From an uncultured bacterium (GTDB lineage: Bacteria > Patescibacteriota > Minisyncoccia > UBA6257 > GWB1-50-10): a stretch of 64,000 nt of DNA. Below are positions 8,439 to 17,376 of the stretch, piece after piece. Position 1 is the first letter of the stretch. Each line of letters begins with the position of its first letter. Below the pieces are notes generated by a model. It was not told the origin of the DNA and ran no database searches. It saw only the letters and a program-made list of their open reading frames with translations. Where the stretch lies: the NCBI GenBank assembly GCA_963713955.1, contig OY970216.1, positions 637,483 through 701,482 of the forward strand, in the 5' to 3' direction. A program made the position numbers and the translations under genes.

Positions 8439-8480
8439 GCTCCCGGTTGCTACTTTTGAAATAAATTCTAAAATAAATGT

Positions 8481-8738
8481 ATGGAAACTTACAACGAGAA
8501 TTGGGGCGACATGCCCAATGCCGTGAAGGACCTCGAGAGAGCCCGGCAGTCGCTCGTCGAGGAGCTTGAGGCAATTAATTGGTACGAGCAAAGGATCGAG
8601 GCGACGGACGACGGCGAACTGAGAAAGATCCTCACCCATAACAGGGATGAAGAAAAGGAGCACGCAGCTCTCCTCTTCGAATACATCAAAAAGCGCGACC
8701 CCGAGCAGGCGCGCGCCCTCGAGAAGTCAGACATCTAA
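8481..8738 (+). CDS. Encapsulated-ferritin-like (EncFtn-type) small ferritin-like protein
   Basis: 85 aa; VEELEAINWYEQRIEATDDGELRKILTHNRDEEKEHAALLFEYIKKRD closely resembles the EncFtn core (..EELEAVDWYDQR..NRDEEKEHAA..). No encapsulin shell gene nearby. Confidence 0.65.
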   Translation: METYNENWGDMPNAVKDLERARQSLVEELEAINWYEQRIEATDDGELRKILTHNRDEEKEHAALLFEYIKKRDPEQARALEKSDI

Positions 8739-8744
8739 GATTAT

Positions 8745-9539
8745 TTACCCAGCCACGGAATGTGCCGCGATGACGACGAGCTTGGAAAAGCCGAGGCCGC
8801 ACATGAGGGGTTTTCCTGCGCCTGTTTCTCTCTTCCAGAAATTCTCGTCCTCCAAGAGTTTGATGATCCACGGGAAATGCCCGTCTTGGGAAAGAATGAG
8901 GCCGCCCCGCGAGACCCGCGGATAGACGTACTTGACGCAATCCCTCGTCGATTCCGCGAGATCGGCGTTGATGCAGAGAACCGCGACTTTCCCTCTGAGA
9001 GGAGATAGCGTGTCTTTGAACCATCCCGGGAAAAACCGACACCGACTTATGACACCGTATTTGGCGACGTTCGCTTCGACTTCTTCAAGCCCCACGGCGT
9101 GGCTCCCTTTCGGGAAATGGTGCTCGCGGCCGAAGATGCTCCGGCCGTGCGCTTCGTTATTCTCCGGCATCCCCTCGAAAGAATCGAAAACCAAAAGATC
9201 CCGCTGGGCGAGCGCCGCGACGAGACTCAACTTTGCCGTGCTTCCTCCATGGAAAGCGCCGGCTTCCACGATCGCTCCTGGAACTCCCGGCCCGAGATCG
9301 AGAATCATGCGAGCTATCGAAAGAAGCTCGTGTTCGGTGTGCGGGCAGTCAACGCGGTACGAAATAGCGTAGAAACTTTTGACGGTGCACCACCGTTCCC
9401 GGAGCGTGGTTTTAGTCTCCAGCCGGCCGAAGAGGAAACGGACGGCGGCTACGAAGTCCTCCGGGAAATAATAAATCTTACGGTAGGTATAGAGGACCGG
9501 CCATGGCAGATGTCTTTTTATTTTGCTCCTCATGGACAT
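8745..9539 (-). CDS. Class I SAM-dependent O-methyltransferase, TylF/MycF (macrocin-O-MT) family-like
   Basis: GVPGAIVEAGAFHGGSTAKL and LLVFDSFEGMPE match the TylF-family GDxVExGVWRGGS / DSFEGxP motifs. Confidence 0.6.
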   Translation of the reverse strand: MSMRSKIKRHLPWPVLYTYRKIYYFPEDFVAAVRFLFGRLETKTTLRERWCTVKSFYAISYRVDCPHTEHELLSIARMILDLGPGVPGAIVEAGAFHGGSTAKLSLVAALAQRDLLVFDSFEGMPENNEAHGRSIFGREHHFPKGSHAVGLEEVEANVAKYGVISRCRFFPGWFKDTLSPLRGKVAVLCINADLAESTRDCVKYVYPRVSRGGLILSQDGHFPWIIKLLEDENFWKRETGAGKPLMCGLGFSKLVVIAAHSVAG

Positions 9540-9547
9540 CCATAAAA

Positions 9548-10267
9548 TTATACTCTTTTTCTCACGATGACGAAGGGGGTCATCTTGTTCCCCTGCCCCA
9601 GCGGATTGTCGAGGAGGACGAGTCGCGCGGTTTTCTTGTCGAGACCGACCCCTCTGCTCACGCCTAAAATCTTCACGTTAATGTAATTAGCGTCGGCCGT
9701 CACGGCAGGCATGCCGGTATTCTCTTCCACTTTATCGCAAACACCCTGCGGATCCGGCGGCGGCAAAACCGCCCACTCGGTGTAGGGATACATGTCTTCG
9801 GGTATGAATCCATCGATTTCGGAGACGCGATGGCCGGCGATAATCCAAAAAAGGCCGCGGATGCCGACGACCTTCCCGATGGCGCCCAAGATCATCGCCG
9901 GAATGATTCTCCACGCGCCAGCTTCTTCTATCGCAATCTGCACCTTTTCCGGCCTTGACCAGGCCGTCATGTTTTTATATTTCCTGACCCCCCTCGTCAC
10001 GATGCGCGCGAGGAATGTCACTTTGACCGTCGAAATGTGCCGCACGCGGTTCTCCGATATAGAAATTATCTTTTCCGATATCGCCACCCAGTCACCCTTC
10101 TTGAAATGCGGCTTCACGAACTCCCGGAGAACGTTTTCCAGATTTTCCCCGAACTTGATGAGGCACGGCACTTTGATGGGGTAGCGCTCATAAACGACTC
10201 CGCCGACCGTCTTCTCGATGGCCGGCTGCATTACCGATCCACTGGTTGTTCTTTCCGCCCTCGCCAT
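9548..10267 (-). CDS. CofE-like (F420-0:gamma-glutamyl ligase family) protein
   Basis: GDWVAISEKIISISENR and VLPPPDPQGVCDKVEENTG resemble CofE VVxSTVISKAEGR and LLPPLDPDGSAEKL..TG. Function here is uncertain. Confidence 0.4.
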   Translation of the reverse strand: MARAERTTSGSVMQPAIEKTVGGVVYERYPIKVPCLIKFGENLENVLREFVKPHFKKGDWVAISEKIISISENRVRHISTVKVTFLARIVTRGVRKYKNMTAWSRPEKVQIAIEEAGAWRIIPAMILGAIGKVVGIRGLFWIIAGHRVSEIDGFIPEDMYPYTEWAVLPPPDPQGVCDKVEENTGMPAVTADANYINVKILGVSRGVGLDKKTARLVLLDNPLGQGNKMTPFVIVRKRV

Positions 10268-10294
10268 GGAGTTTTTTGCAGACCAGGTCTTGTA

Positions 10295-10933
10295 TTATTC
10301 AAGTTCAATTCTGAAATTGCTCGGCTCGCCGCCGCAATATTTTTGGAATCCGGCCCACTCCACGTTCCCCGCCGCCGGCTGCTCCATCCGTCCTTGTTCA
10401 TCAATCATGCCGCCAAAGGAACTGCAGAACGACAGCGTATCGATCGGAACGTCATTCTTCTCGGCGCTTTCGAAGGCTTCGTTCACTTCCGACTTGAAAT
10501 CGTCATCCAAGTCGCGGACCACCGTCCCGTTCGTCGAGGAGGCCGAGAGCATTTCCTTCATCTCTTCGAGTCTCCGTTCGGCGAATTTCTGGTGGAGATA
10601 GGGCCTCTTCGCCGCCGGCGCGAGAACCAGCGTGACGTTTTCACCGAGGCGCTTGAATGAATAGAGAGGGTGCGTCGGACTCACGTTGCTCCCCTCCGCA
10701 AACGCCACGAGCGCGCCGTTCAGCGCCACGATGACGGCAAAGACGAGGGAATACTTGAAAAATTTGTTGAAACCTTTCCTCGCAAGTACGACCGCCCCCC
10801 GCGAAGCGGCGAGCGCGCCGAGAAAATCGGCCCGCGCTCTGTCAAGAAAACGCTTGTCGGGTTTCATCGCTCTCCTCACGAGCACAATCGCTCTCAGGAA
10901 GCACCATTTTGATTTGAACGGCCTAATTTTCAT
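10295..10933 (-). CDS. Putative membrane-spanning anti-sigma factor (start may be internal Met at 10867)
   Basis: Overlaps the stop of the upstream ECF sigma gene by 11 nt; single TM helix YSLVFAVIVALNGALVAFA; no other recognisable domain. Confidence 0.45.
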   Translation of the reverse strand: MKIRPFKSKWCFLRAIVLVRRAMKPDKRFLDRARADFLGALAASRGAVVLARKGFNKFFKYSLVFAVIVALNGALVAFAEGSNVSPTHPLYSFKRLGENVTLVLAPAAKRPYLHQKFAERRLEEMKEMLSASSTNGTVVRDLDDDFKSEVNEAFESAEKNDVPIDTLSFCSSFGGMIDEQGRMEQPAAGNVEWAGFQKYCGGEPSNFRIELE

Positions 10934-11471
10934 ATTGGTAGATTTCCTTTATTTTCTTTGCAATCCGGTGAGCCGAGACTCGGAGCGACACTTCCGTCTT
11001 CCCCGTGATCCCGGAAATCTCGCGGTACGACAAACCCTGAACGTACCGCAACGAAAAAAGCTCCTGCTCTTCTTCGGAAAATCCCCGGACGGTTCTCATG
11101 ATTTCCGCCAGGAATTCTTTCGTGTCGAGCGAATCGCTCGACACGAACTCGGCACCCTCCTCTTCGGTGAATTCCGAAAGCAAAACGTTCTTTCGTTCCC
11201 GGAAAAAATCATTGAGCGTATTCCTCGCGATCTGCCAGAACCAGGGAGTGAAATTGCCGAGCGACGGATCAAACGTATCGATCCGTGCCACCAGTTTCAC
11301 GAAAACGTCTTGGAGCAGATCTTCCGCCGTGCTCTTTGATCCGGTCCGCTGCATGAAAAACCTCAAAAACGAGGGGGCGAATTTGTTGAAAACCCTTTCC
11401 CCCGCTCTCACGTCTCCTCTTTTCAAATCCAAAGCCCACGAGTTGGTGTCGTCTCCCGAAGTTTTTCTCAT
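10923..11471 (-). CDS. ECF-type RNA polymerase sigma factor (sigma-70 regions 2 and 4)
   Basis: DLLQDVFVKLVARIDTFDP..FTPWFWQIARNTLNDFFRER (region 2) and LSYREISGITGKTEVSLRVSAHRIAKKI (region 4 HTH). Confidence 0.8.
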   Translation of the reverse strand: MRKTSGDDTNSWALDLKRGDVRAGERVFNKFAPSFLRFFMQRTGSKSTAEDLLQDVFVKLVARIDTFDPSLGNFTPWFWQIARNTLNDFFRERKNVLLSEFTEEEGAEFVSSDSLDTKEFLAEIMRTVRGFSEEEQELFSLRYVQGLSYREISGITGKTEVSLRVSAHRIAKKIKEIYQYEN

Positions 11472-11508
11472 AAAATATACGGACTATTTTGTCAATTGTT
11501 ACAGCCGG

Positions 11509-12414
11509 TCAGATGCTCAAATAGCGCCTCGTGGCTACGATACTGGAAACAATTCCGAGTCCCACCCCGAAGAGTACTTGATAAAGGAAGAGTGTCAGGA
11601 AGCCCGAGGAAAAATAAGAACCGAGATTCACTTCCGGTATGAAACTGTTCACATGGGGCGAGATGAACGTGATGACCGGTATCATAATGAGGAAGCTCAC
11701 GAGCGCCGAGATCAAGCCGTAGAGCGAACCCTCTACAACGTACGGACCCCTGATGAATTTGTTCGAAGCGCCGACGAGTCTCATGATCCCGATCTGCTCG
11801 CGGTTGGAAAAGATGGCGAGGCGTATGGTGTTGAACGTGACCGAGGCGGCGAGGAAGGCGAGGAAAATCGTCAGCACGAAACCGCCGGTCGTGAAATTGT
11901 CGACGATTGACACCAGCCGATTGATGACAACCTGGTTTTGGGCGTAGTTTACCTTATAGGTGATGTTCTGGAAATCGGGTTTTTCGAGGTACGCCGCGAT
12001 GGTGTCGTAATGGTGGATGTCTTTGGCCTTGATGTTGAGGGATGGCAGGAGTGGATTGGTGTCCAGCGTACTGAGCGTCTTCGTGATGGACTCGTCCCCC
12101 GCGTGGAGCGCTTTGAACGTAGCGAGCGCCTGTTCCTGTGAAACGTAGTCAACGTACTGGACCTCGTCCAGGCCTTCCAGCGATTTTTTGAGATTCAGGA
12201 TCGTATCTTCCGGAATATTGCTCTGGAAATAAACGGTGATGTCCACCTTGTTCTCGATGGTTTGCATGGCGCCTTTCGACACGACGTTGAAAAGGATGAG
12301 CCCTTCGAAAACGATGAGTGCCAAAATCATGATGGCGATCGTCGAAAACGAGAGCCACCCGTCCCGCAAAAAGTTCTGAATGCCGTATTTGAATATCCTG
12401 AAGAGGTTGATCAT
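11509..12414 (-). CDS. ftsX: Cell-division ABC transporter permease FtsX
   Basis: 301 aa, FtsX topology (N-terminal TM, periplasmic domain, three C-terminal TMs); immediately downstream of ftsE. Confidence 0.8.
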   Translation of the reverse strand: MINLFRIFKYGIQNFLRDGWLSFSTIAIMILALIVFEGLILFNVVSKGAMQTIENKVDITVYFQSNIPEDTILNLKKSLEGLDEVQYVDYVSQEQALATFKALHAGDESITKTLSTLDTNPLLPSLNIKAKDIHHYDTIAAYLEKPDFQNITYKVNYAQNQVVINRLVSIVDNFTTGGFVLTIFLAFLAASVTFNTIRLAIFSNREQIGIMRLVGASNKFIRGPYVVEGSLYGLISALVSFLIMIPVITFISPHVNSFIPEVNLGSYFSSGFLTLFLYQVLFGVGLGIVSSIVATRRYLSI

Positions 12415-12420
12415 ATGCTC

Positions 12421-13104
12421 CTAGTCTATTATAAACCTTCCGTGCGCTTCGTCCTTTATGACCTGCCCGTTTTCGAGGGTGATCACTCGCTCCCCGAGCG
12501 TATTCACGATCTCCTTGTCATGGGTCGCGAGAATCACGACGCTCCCCAGTTCGTTTATCTTCTTTAAAAGCTTTATCACTTCCCACGTGTTGAAAGGGTC
12601 GAGGTTGCCGGTCGGCTCATCCGCGATCAGGACGTCGGGCTGGTTTATCATGGCCCGCGCAATCGCGACTCGCTGTTTCTCGCCCCCCGAAAGTTCCGCC
12701 GGAAAGTTATGCACCTTGTCCTTGAGACCCACCATGTCGAGAACCTGTGGAACGAGTTCGTTTATTTCTTTTTGCGGTTTCCCCTCCACCTCGAGGGCAA
12801 AGGCAACGTTCTCGAACGCCGTTTTCTTGGGTAAGAGCCGAAAATCCTGGAATATGACGCCGATGTGCCTTCGGAACTCCGGCATCTCCCGCGGTTTCAA
12901 TTTCTCAACCTCGTAAGAGCCGAAAAAAATCTGCCCCTTCGTGGGCTTTTCCTCCCCGATCAAGAGCTTCACGACGGTTGACTTGCCTGCCCCCGATCTC
13001 CCAACGAGCGACACGAGCTCGTTGGGCTGTATCTTGAAACTCACTTTGTCGAGTGCGACGGTTCCGTGATTATAGGTTTTCGTTACATTTTGGAACGTTA
13101 TCAT
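12421..13104 (-). CDS. ftsE: Cell-division ATP-binding protein FtsE
   Basis: GRSGAGKST Walker [15 protein letters not shown] signature, [12 protein letters not shown] Walker B. Confidence 0.9.
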   Translation of the reverse strand: MITFQNVTKTYNHGTVALDKVSFKIQPNELVSLVGRSGAGKSTVVKLLIGEEKPTKGQIFFGSYEVEKLKPREMPEFRRHIGVIFQDFRLLPKKTAFENVAFALEVEGKPQKEINELVPQVLDMVGLKDKVHNFPAELSGGEKQRVAIARAMINQPDVLIADEPTGNLDPFNTWEVIKLLKKINELGSVVILATHDKEIVNTLGERVITLENGQVIKDEAHGRFIID

Positions 13105-13178
13105 AATAAAAAACCCTGAGCGTAGGCTCCTAGTTTTGTTATTTCAATTATAAAACAAAAGAGCCTCAAGAACAACAG

Positions 13179-13907
13179 CTAGCTGCTTTTCATTTTCAAC
13201 AAATCGAGGTTCCCCTCCAGCACTTCCTCCACCTTCGTGATTTTAAGCCCCGTCCGGTGATCCTTCACCTGTTTGTACGGATGAAGAACGTAGGAGCGGA
13301 TCTCGTGTCCCCACTCCGGTTCCACCCTCACCCGCAAGTTTGTGATCTCCTTTTCGTGCTTTTCCTCCATGATTTTCGCGAGTTTCGATTTCAAAAGCAT
13401 CATGGCCTTTTCCCGGTTCTGCGATTGGGATCGCTCGGCCTGCGATGAAACGGCGATGCCCGTCGGGAGATGTACAATCCTGACGGCAGTCTCAACCTTG
13501 TTCACGTTTTGCCCTCCGGGCCCTGAAGATCTTGCAAACTCAATTTTCAAATCCTTCTCGGGGATGGCAATATCCTCCGCTCCCACCTTCCGGAAAGCGG
13601 GCAGAACTTCCACCAAGGCAAAAGAAGTATGCCGCAGTTTCTTGGCGTCAAAAGGCGAAATCCTCACGAGCCGGTGCACGCCCGCCTCATCTTTCAAAAT
13701 CTCATAGAGATTTTGTCCTGAGCTTGTCGAAGGACTACCTTTTATTTCGAGCGTACTGTCGTTCACGAAAGATTTTTTCCACCCTTTCCGCGTCGCGTAC
13801 TTTTCGTACATCGAAAGGAGGATACGCGCCCAATCCTTCGCATCTTCACCTCCCGCCCCCGGAAAAACGGACACATACACGATCCCCGTGTCGAAATGAG
13901 AGTCCAT
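13179..13907 (-). CDS. prfB: Class I peptide chain release factor, RF2-like but lacking N-terminal domain 1
   Basis: 242 aa starting MDSHFDTGIVYVSVFPGAGGEDAKDW (equivalent to E. coli RF2 residue ~125). Has SPFDAKKLRHTSF (SPF) and SSGPGGQNVNK (GGQ). In-frame TAA 21 nt upstream of the ATG; no CTT-TGA-C frameshift site. Confidence 0.75.
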   Translation of the reverse strand: MDSHFDTGIVYVSVFPGAGGEDAKDWARILLSMYEKYATRKGWKKSFVNDSTLEIKGSPSTSSGQNLYEILKDEAGVHRLVRISPFDAKKLRHTSFALVEVLPAFRKVGAEDIAIPEKDLKIEFARSSGPGGQNVNKVETAVRIVHLPTGIAVSSQAERSQSQNREKAMMLLKSKLAKIMEEKHEKEITNLRVRVEPEWGHEIRSYVLHPYKQVKDHRTGLKITKVEEVLEGNLDLLKMKSS

Positions 13908-13928
13908 ACCCTGTAGTACAACTTCGAA

Positions 13929-14216
13929 TTACTTTTTGCTTTCGTAGTAGACCTTTAATCTCTTGGCTAAAAACCTTGACCCGCCTGTAGTTTTCAAATA
14001 GTTCTCTCTCCTTCTGGCATCTTCCTCCATGAGACAACCCTCAAGGTAAATCAACTTCAGTGGCCTGCGATACCGAGTTGAAAAAACTCTCCCTTCCCGA
14101 TGTTCCTTGAGCCTCCGATTGATATTATCCGTGGAACCGATATATCTTTTCCCATCTTTCAAGCTTTCCAACACGTATGCCCAGAAGATGCCATTCGAAG
14201 TTGTCCTACGGGGCAT
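13929..14216 (-). CDS. GIY-YIG nuclease-domain protein (small, stand-alone)
   Basis: GIFWAYVLESLKDGKRYIGSTDNINRRLKEHREG is a canonical GIY-YIG module; 95 aa. Confidence 0.8.
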   Translation of the reverse strand: MPRRTTSNGIFWAYVLESLKDGKRYIGSTDNINRRLKEHREGRVFSTRYRRPLKLIYLEGCLMEEDARRRENYLKTTGGSRFLAKRLKVYYESKK

Positions 14217-14264
14217 GATTCATTAACTTTAGCAAAACGAGTTCTCCCCCGCAACGTGAGCGTT

Positions 14265-14780
14265 CTACGGATACGTTATTTTCCTGTTCTTCATTCTCAA
14301 AAATGGCGTTATTTTGTGGAGCTTCGCCGTTATCCGACTTGAAATGTGATATACCTTCCATCCTTTCTTTGTCATCGCATCAGCAATGAGCGATCGGTGA
14401 CACCGCCAGGGCACCGCCTCCGCGCACATGATGGCCGTGTTTTTCTTTTGTGCGATCGCCTGGAGTTTTTTCAATCCCTCTTCGAACTTGGATGTTTGCA
14501 TGTAATCGGCAAACCCGCGGAACGACAAGTTCTCCCAGCCGGTATTCTTCGAATCCTTCTTCGCGTGCCGGAGTCCCCCCAGCTCTTCCCCTAGCCACTT
14601 ATACCCTATGCCCTGCTTCCTGAGAAAAATTCCTAAATTTCCTCTCCCGAACTGCGGATTATGCCGCGACTTCGGAATCGTCCGGACATCCACCAGTTCT
14701 TTCACGCCGTGGGCTTGAAGCATCGAGACGAAATATTCAACCGTCCGCGTCGAATGCCCGATGCTAAAAAGCCTCTTCAT
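14265..14780 (-). CDS. DUF488 family protein
   Basis: AIMCAEAVPWRCHRSLIAD matches the DUF488 CAE..P..CHR signature. Confidence 0.6.
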   Translation of the reverse strand: MKRLFSIGHSTRTVEYFVSMLQAHGVKELVDVRTIPKSRHNPQFGRGNLGIFLRKQGIGYKWLGEELGGLRHAKKDSKNTGWENLSFRGFADYMQTSKFEEGLKKLQAIAQKKNTAIMCAEAVPWRCHRSLIADAMTKKGWKVYHISSRITAKLHKITPFLRMKNRKITYP

Positions 14781-15559
14781 GAGAAACTCACGACGAGCGG
14801 CAGATGATCCGAAACCTCGATCTCGGGAACAATAAAGAATTTTACCTCGATATCCGGCGAAACGAAGAAGTAGTCCGAAATGCGATCTTCCACTGCCTGA
14901 CCCCGATACTTTTCCCGGTTCAAATCGCTTCTCGTTGTCTCAATATGAAATTCACTTATGAGATTTCTCATGTCATGTCCCAAAAGAGCAATACTCTTGG
15001 TATCGGGATTTAGGTTGAAATCCCCGCACAATATCTTCGATCCTTCGATGCCGGAGAAAAACTCCTTCACTTTCCTGGACTGCTCCAATCTGGCCGTCGT
15101 GTCGTCCTTGGACCAAGCCGCAATGCCGTGCAAATTGCCAACAGCCAAAATCCGCTCCCCCGCCTTGAATTTACCGTACTGGAAAATGCCTACATCTTGG
15201 TTGTCTTCTTCGTGAAACTCCCGGAGAGCGCCGGCGGTGTAGAAACTTCCATTGTCGATTGGAATCAAGTTCTTTTTGTAGAATATAGCCGGTCCGTATT
15301 CTGCCTCTAAAGCCGCTCCGGCCGCGAAATCGTTAGCCTTGAATTCGGGAACGAAGTAATGATTGAAATCCGGCAGGATCGCCGTGAGTTCATTCAGGAG
15401 ATTGAAATGAGTACCGTCGTTCCCCACCCGCAAACACTCTTTAGAATCGTAGACTTCCTGAAAACAAAAAACATCCGTCTCGCCTGACACTTCTTTGAAA
15501 AATTTCGAGAGGGCATCGAATTCCCTTCCTCCCCAGACATTCAGAGAAACCAGTTGCAT
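14777..15559 (-). CDS. Endonuclease/exonuclease/phosphatase (EEP) family protein
   Basis: 260 aa; VFCFQEV.., ..ILCGDFNLNPD.., ..SDHLPLVVSF resemble EEP catalytic motifs. 4-nt overlap with the downstream gene. Confidence 0.65.
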   Translation of the reverse strand: MQLVSLNVWGGREFDALSKFFKEVSGETDVFCFQEVYDSKECLRVGNDGTHFNLLNELTAILPDFNHYFVPEFKANDFAAGAALEAEYGPAIFYKKNLIPIDNGSFYTAGALREFHEEDNQDVGIFQYGKFKAGERILAVGNLHGIAAWSKDDTTARLEQSRKVKEFFSGIEGSKILCGDFNLNPDTKSIALLGHDMRNLISEFHIETTRSDLNREKYRGQAVEDRISDYFFVSPDIEVKFFIVPEIEVSDHLPLVVSFS

Positions 15560-15583
15560 ACTTCCAATTCTAACATAAATCCC

Positions 15584-16270
15584 CTAAAGCCTGTCCGGAA
15601 AGTTGCTGAAAATGCCGTCGACGCCCATGGACTTGAATCGGGCGATTGCGGCTGCTCCGTCGACTGTCCAGACGAGGAGTTTCAATCCCTTCTCGTGAGC
15701 TTCCTTAATAAACTTCTCCTCGACGGTACTTGCCCGTGCCCCGATCCCCCATACCCGGAGATTGAGAGCCGTCGCAATGGACCGGCGAGAGTCTTCCCCC
15801 CACACCAATAGGATCCTTTTAAAATCCATGAGCCTGCCGGCCTCGGCAAGTTCATTCTCGGAAAAAGACGAAATGACGAAATCGTCGCTCTTCGCGCCGC
15901 CACTGAGACGCGAATTCAGGATGTCCGCTACTTCCCTGCTCAAGCCCTCGTCTTTTATCTCGATGTCAATGGGTACGCGGCCTGCGACCATGCCTAGAAC
16001 TTCGTCGAGCATCGGTATTCTCTCGCCCTGGCCGGCGTCGAGTGCTTGAATCTCGGCAAGCGTCAGGTCACTCACCCTTCCTTTCCCGTTCGTTGTCCGG
16101 TCAACCGTATCGTCGTGGATCACGACGACTTTTCCGTCCTTCGTTCCATGGACATCGAGTTCAATCACGTCGACGCCGAGCTCAAGCGCCCGCTTAAAAG
16201 AACGCAAGGTGTTTTCCGGTTCGTATCCCGCCGCCCCTCTATGACCTATACGTAAAAACATTTTTATCAT
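15584..16270 (-). CDS. Glycerophosphodiester phosphodiesterase (GDPD/UgpQ-like)
   Basis: Start at internal Met (MIKMFLRIGHRGAAGYEPENTLRSFKRALELGVDVIELDVHGTKDGKVVVIHD). The upstream 32 codons of the track ORF are a read-through of a hairpin repeat. Confidence 0.85.
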   Translation of the reverse strand: MIKMFLRIGHRGAAGYEPENTLRSFKRALELGVDVIELDVHGTKDGKVVVIHDDTVDRTTNGKGRVSDLTLAEIQALDAGQGERIPMLDEVLGMVAGRVPIDIEIKDEGLSREVADILNSRLSGGAKSDDFVISSFSENELAEAGRLMDFKRILLVWGEDSRRSIATALNLRVWGIGARASTVEEKFIKEAHEKGLKLLVWTVDGAAAIARFKSMGVDGIFSNFPDRL

Positions 16271-16272
16271 AC

Positions 16273-16301
16273 GGCTCCCGGTGCGAAGCCCCCCGGGAGC
16301 C
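16273..16301. repeat. GC hairpin repeat ggctcccggtgcgaagccccccgggagcc (family C hairpin module)
   Basis: Perfect 9-bp stem; the same module occurs at 21390-21420, 24375-24394 (partial) and 33153-33184 (inverted). Confidence 0.6.
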
Positions 16302-16316
16302 CAAAGTTGATTTCTA

Positions 16317-16769
16317 TTATCGCATTCCCCCGTATACCAAGAGAGAAACCACGACGAGAACGACATAGATGAACGCGGTGTGGAAATAGAACATGCTCCG
16401 GAAGGTCTCGCCGATCCGGTTTTCGTGCGTCGGCGGATGGGGAGAAGAAAAATCCTCCGGAAGATTTCCCCTTTCGAAGAACTCGCGGAGAGCCGCTGCC
16501 ACCCGGTCCCGCCGCGCCTTGTAATCCTGACGGAAGGATTTGCTGAGGCCGTCCAGAATCCAAAACATAACGATCGCTATCGATACCAGGAGCACGATAC
16601 CCTTGCTCTTGGTCTCGAACGACCATCCCATAGCCGCGACCCACAAAGTGATTGCCCAGCTTTTCACACGGTCGAGCGACCGGTCATATTTGTCCATCTG
16701 CCCCTGACAGAGTTCGAATTCCGATTCCACGATGTTTATCTTATCGTTCTCGTTTGCCATTTCTCTCAT
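16317..16769 (-). CDS. Hypothetical small membrane protein (two TM helices)
   Basis: 150 aa; architecture shared with 16796..17293 and 32487..32783. Confidence 0.45.
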   Translation of the reverse strand: MREMANENDKINIVESEFELCQGQMDKYDRSLDRVKSWAITLWVAAMGWSFETKSKGIVLLVSIAIVMFWILDGLSKSFRQDYKARRDRVAAALREFFERGNLPEDFSSPHPPTHENRIGETFRSMFYFHTAFIYVVLVVVSLLVYGGMR

Positions 16770-16795
16770 TCTATCATAACGCCATCTCCTATACC

Positions 16796-17293
16796 CTATC
16801 CCAAGTTTCCCGGTATAAACTTCTTGAAGACATCGCCGAGCTTTTCCACGATCCCCACTTTCACGTCTTCCTCATCCTTCAGCGGATGCTTCGAGATCGC
16901 CTCCCGCGGCGACGTATAGAGGATACCAATTGTGTTAATCATGAAATCCAGATATTTTTTCTGCTCGTCCGCCTTCGCGTGATTCACCTCTTTCTTCAAG
17001 AGATTAAGGTATCCGTCCATCGACCGCGCGACGAGCGACTTGAACGAATATTCCTCCAGATATTCCCGCGCCCCGGAGTACTGGGCATGAAAGAAAATTG
17101 CCGAGTAGACCAAAGGCAGCGCGACCGCGAATTCGAGCCACGTCGCCTTGCCGAAGCCGGCACTCGCCATCGGTCCGAAGAAAATGAGAATCGCGAGGAT
17201 GAAGAGCACCAGAATATTCACGATAAACCACTTCATCCACTTTGTCCTCGTCTCGTCGAGTTCCGCCTTCCGTTCCTCAAATAAATTTTCCAT
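16796..17293 (-). CDS. Hypothetical small membrane protein (paralog family MENxFEER...)
   Basis: Start taken at MENLFEERKAELDETRTKWMKWFIVNILVLFIL; paralogous to the 32487..32783 product (MENFEERVQRIEERNKK..). Confidence 0.5.
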   Translation of the reverse strand: MENLFEERKAELDETRTKWMKWFIVNILVLFILAILIFFGPMASAGFGKATWLEFAVALPLVYSAIFFHAQYSGAREYLEEYSFKSLVARSMDGYLNLLKKEVNHAKADEQKKYLDFMINTIGILYTSPREAISKHPLKDEEDVKVGIVEKLGDVFKKFIPGNLG

Positions 17294-17376
17294 ATTTTCC
17301 CCCTGCTTTTTCGACCTTTCGCGGCCGGGCACCGGGAAGCTCGCAGGTTCCCGGCGCCCCCAAATCAACAATCATT

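Noticed and set aside
13908-14000. Programmed +1 frameshift site or hidden N-terminal exon for prfB
   Set aside because: No CTT TGA C in any minus frame. The in-frame TAA is 21 nt upstream, and the region encodes the C-terminus of a clear GIY-YIG protein.
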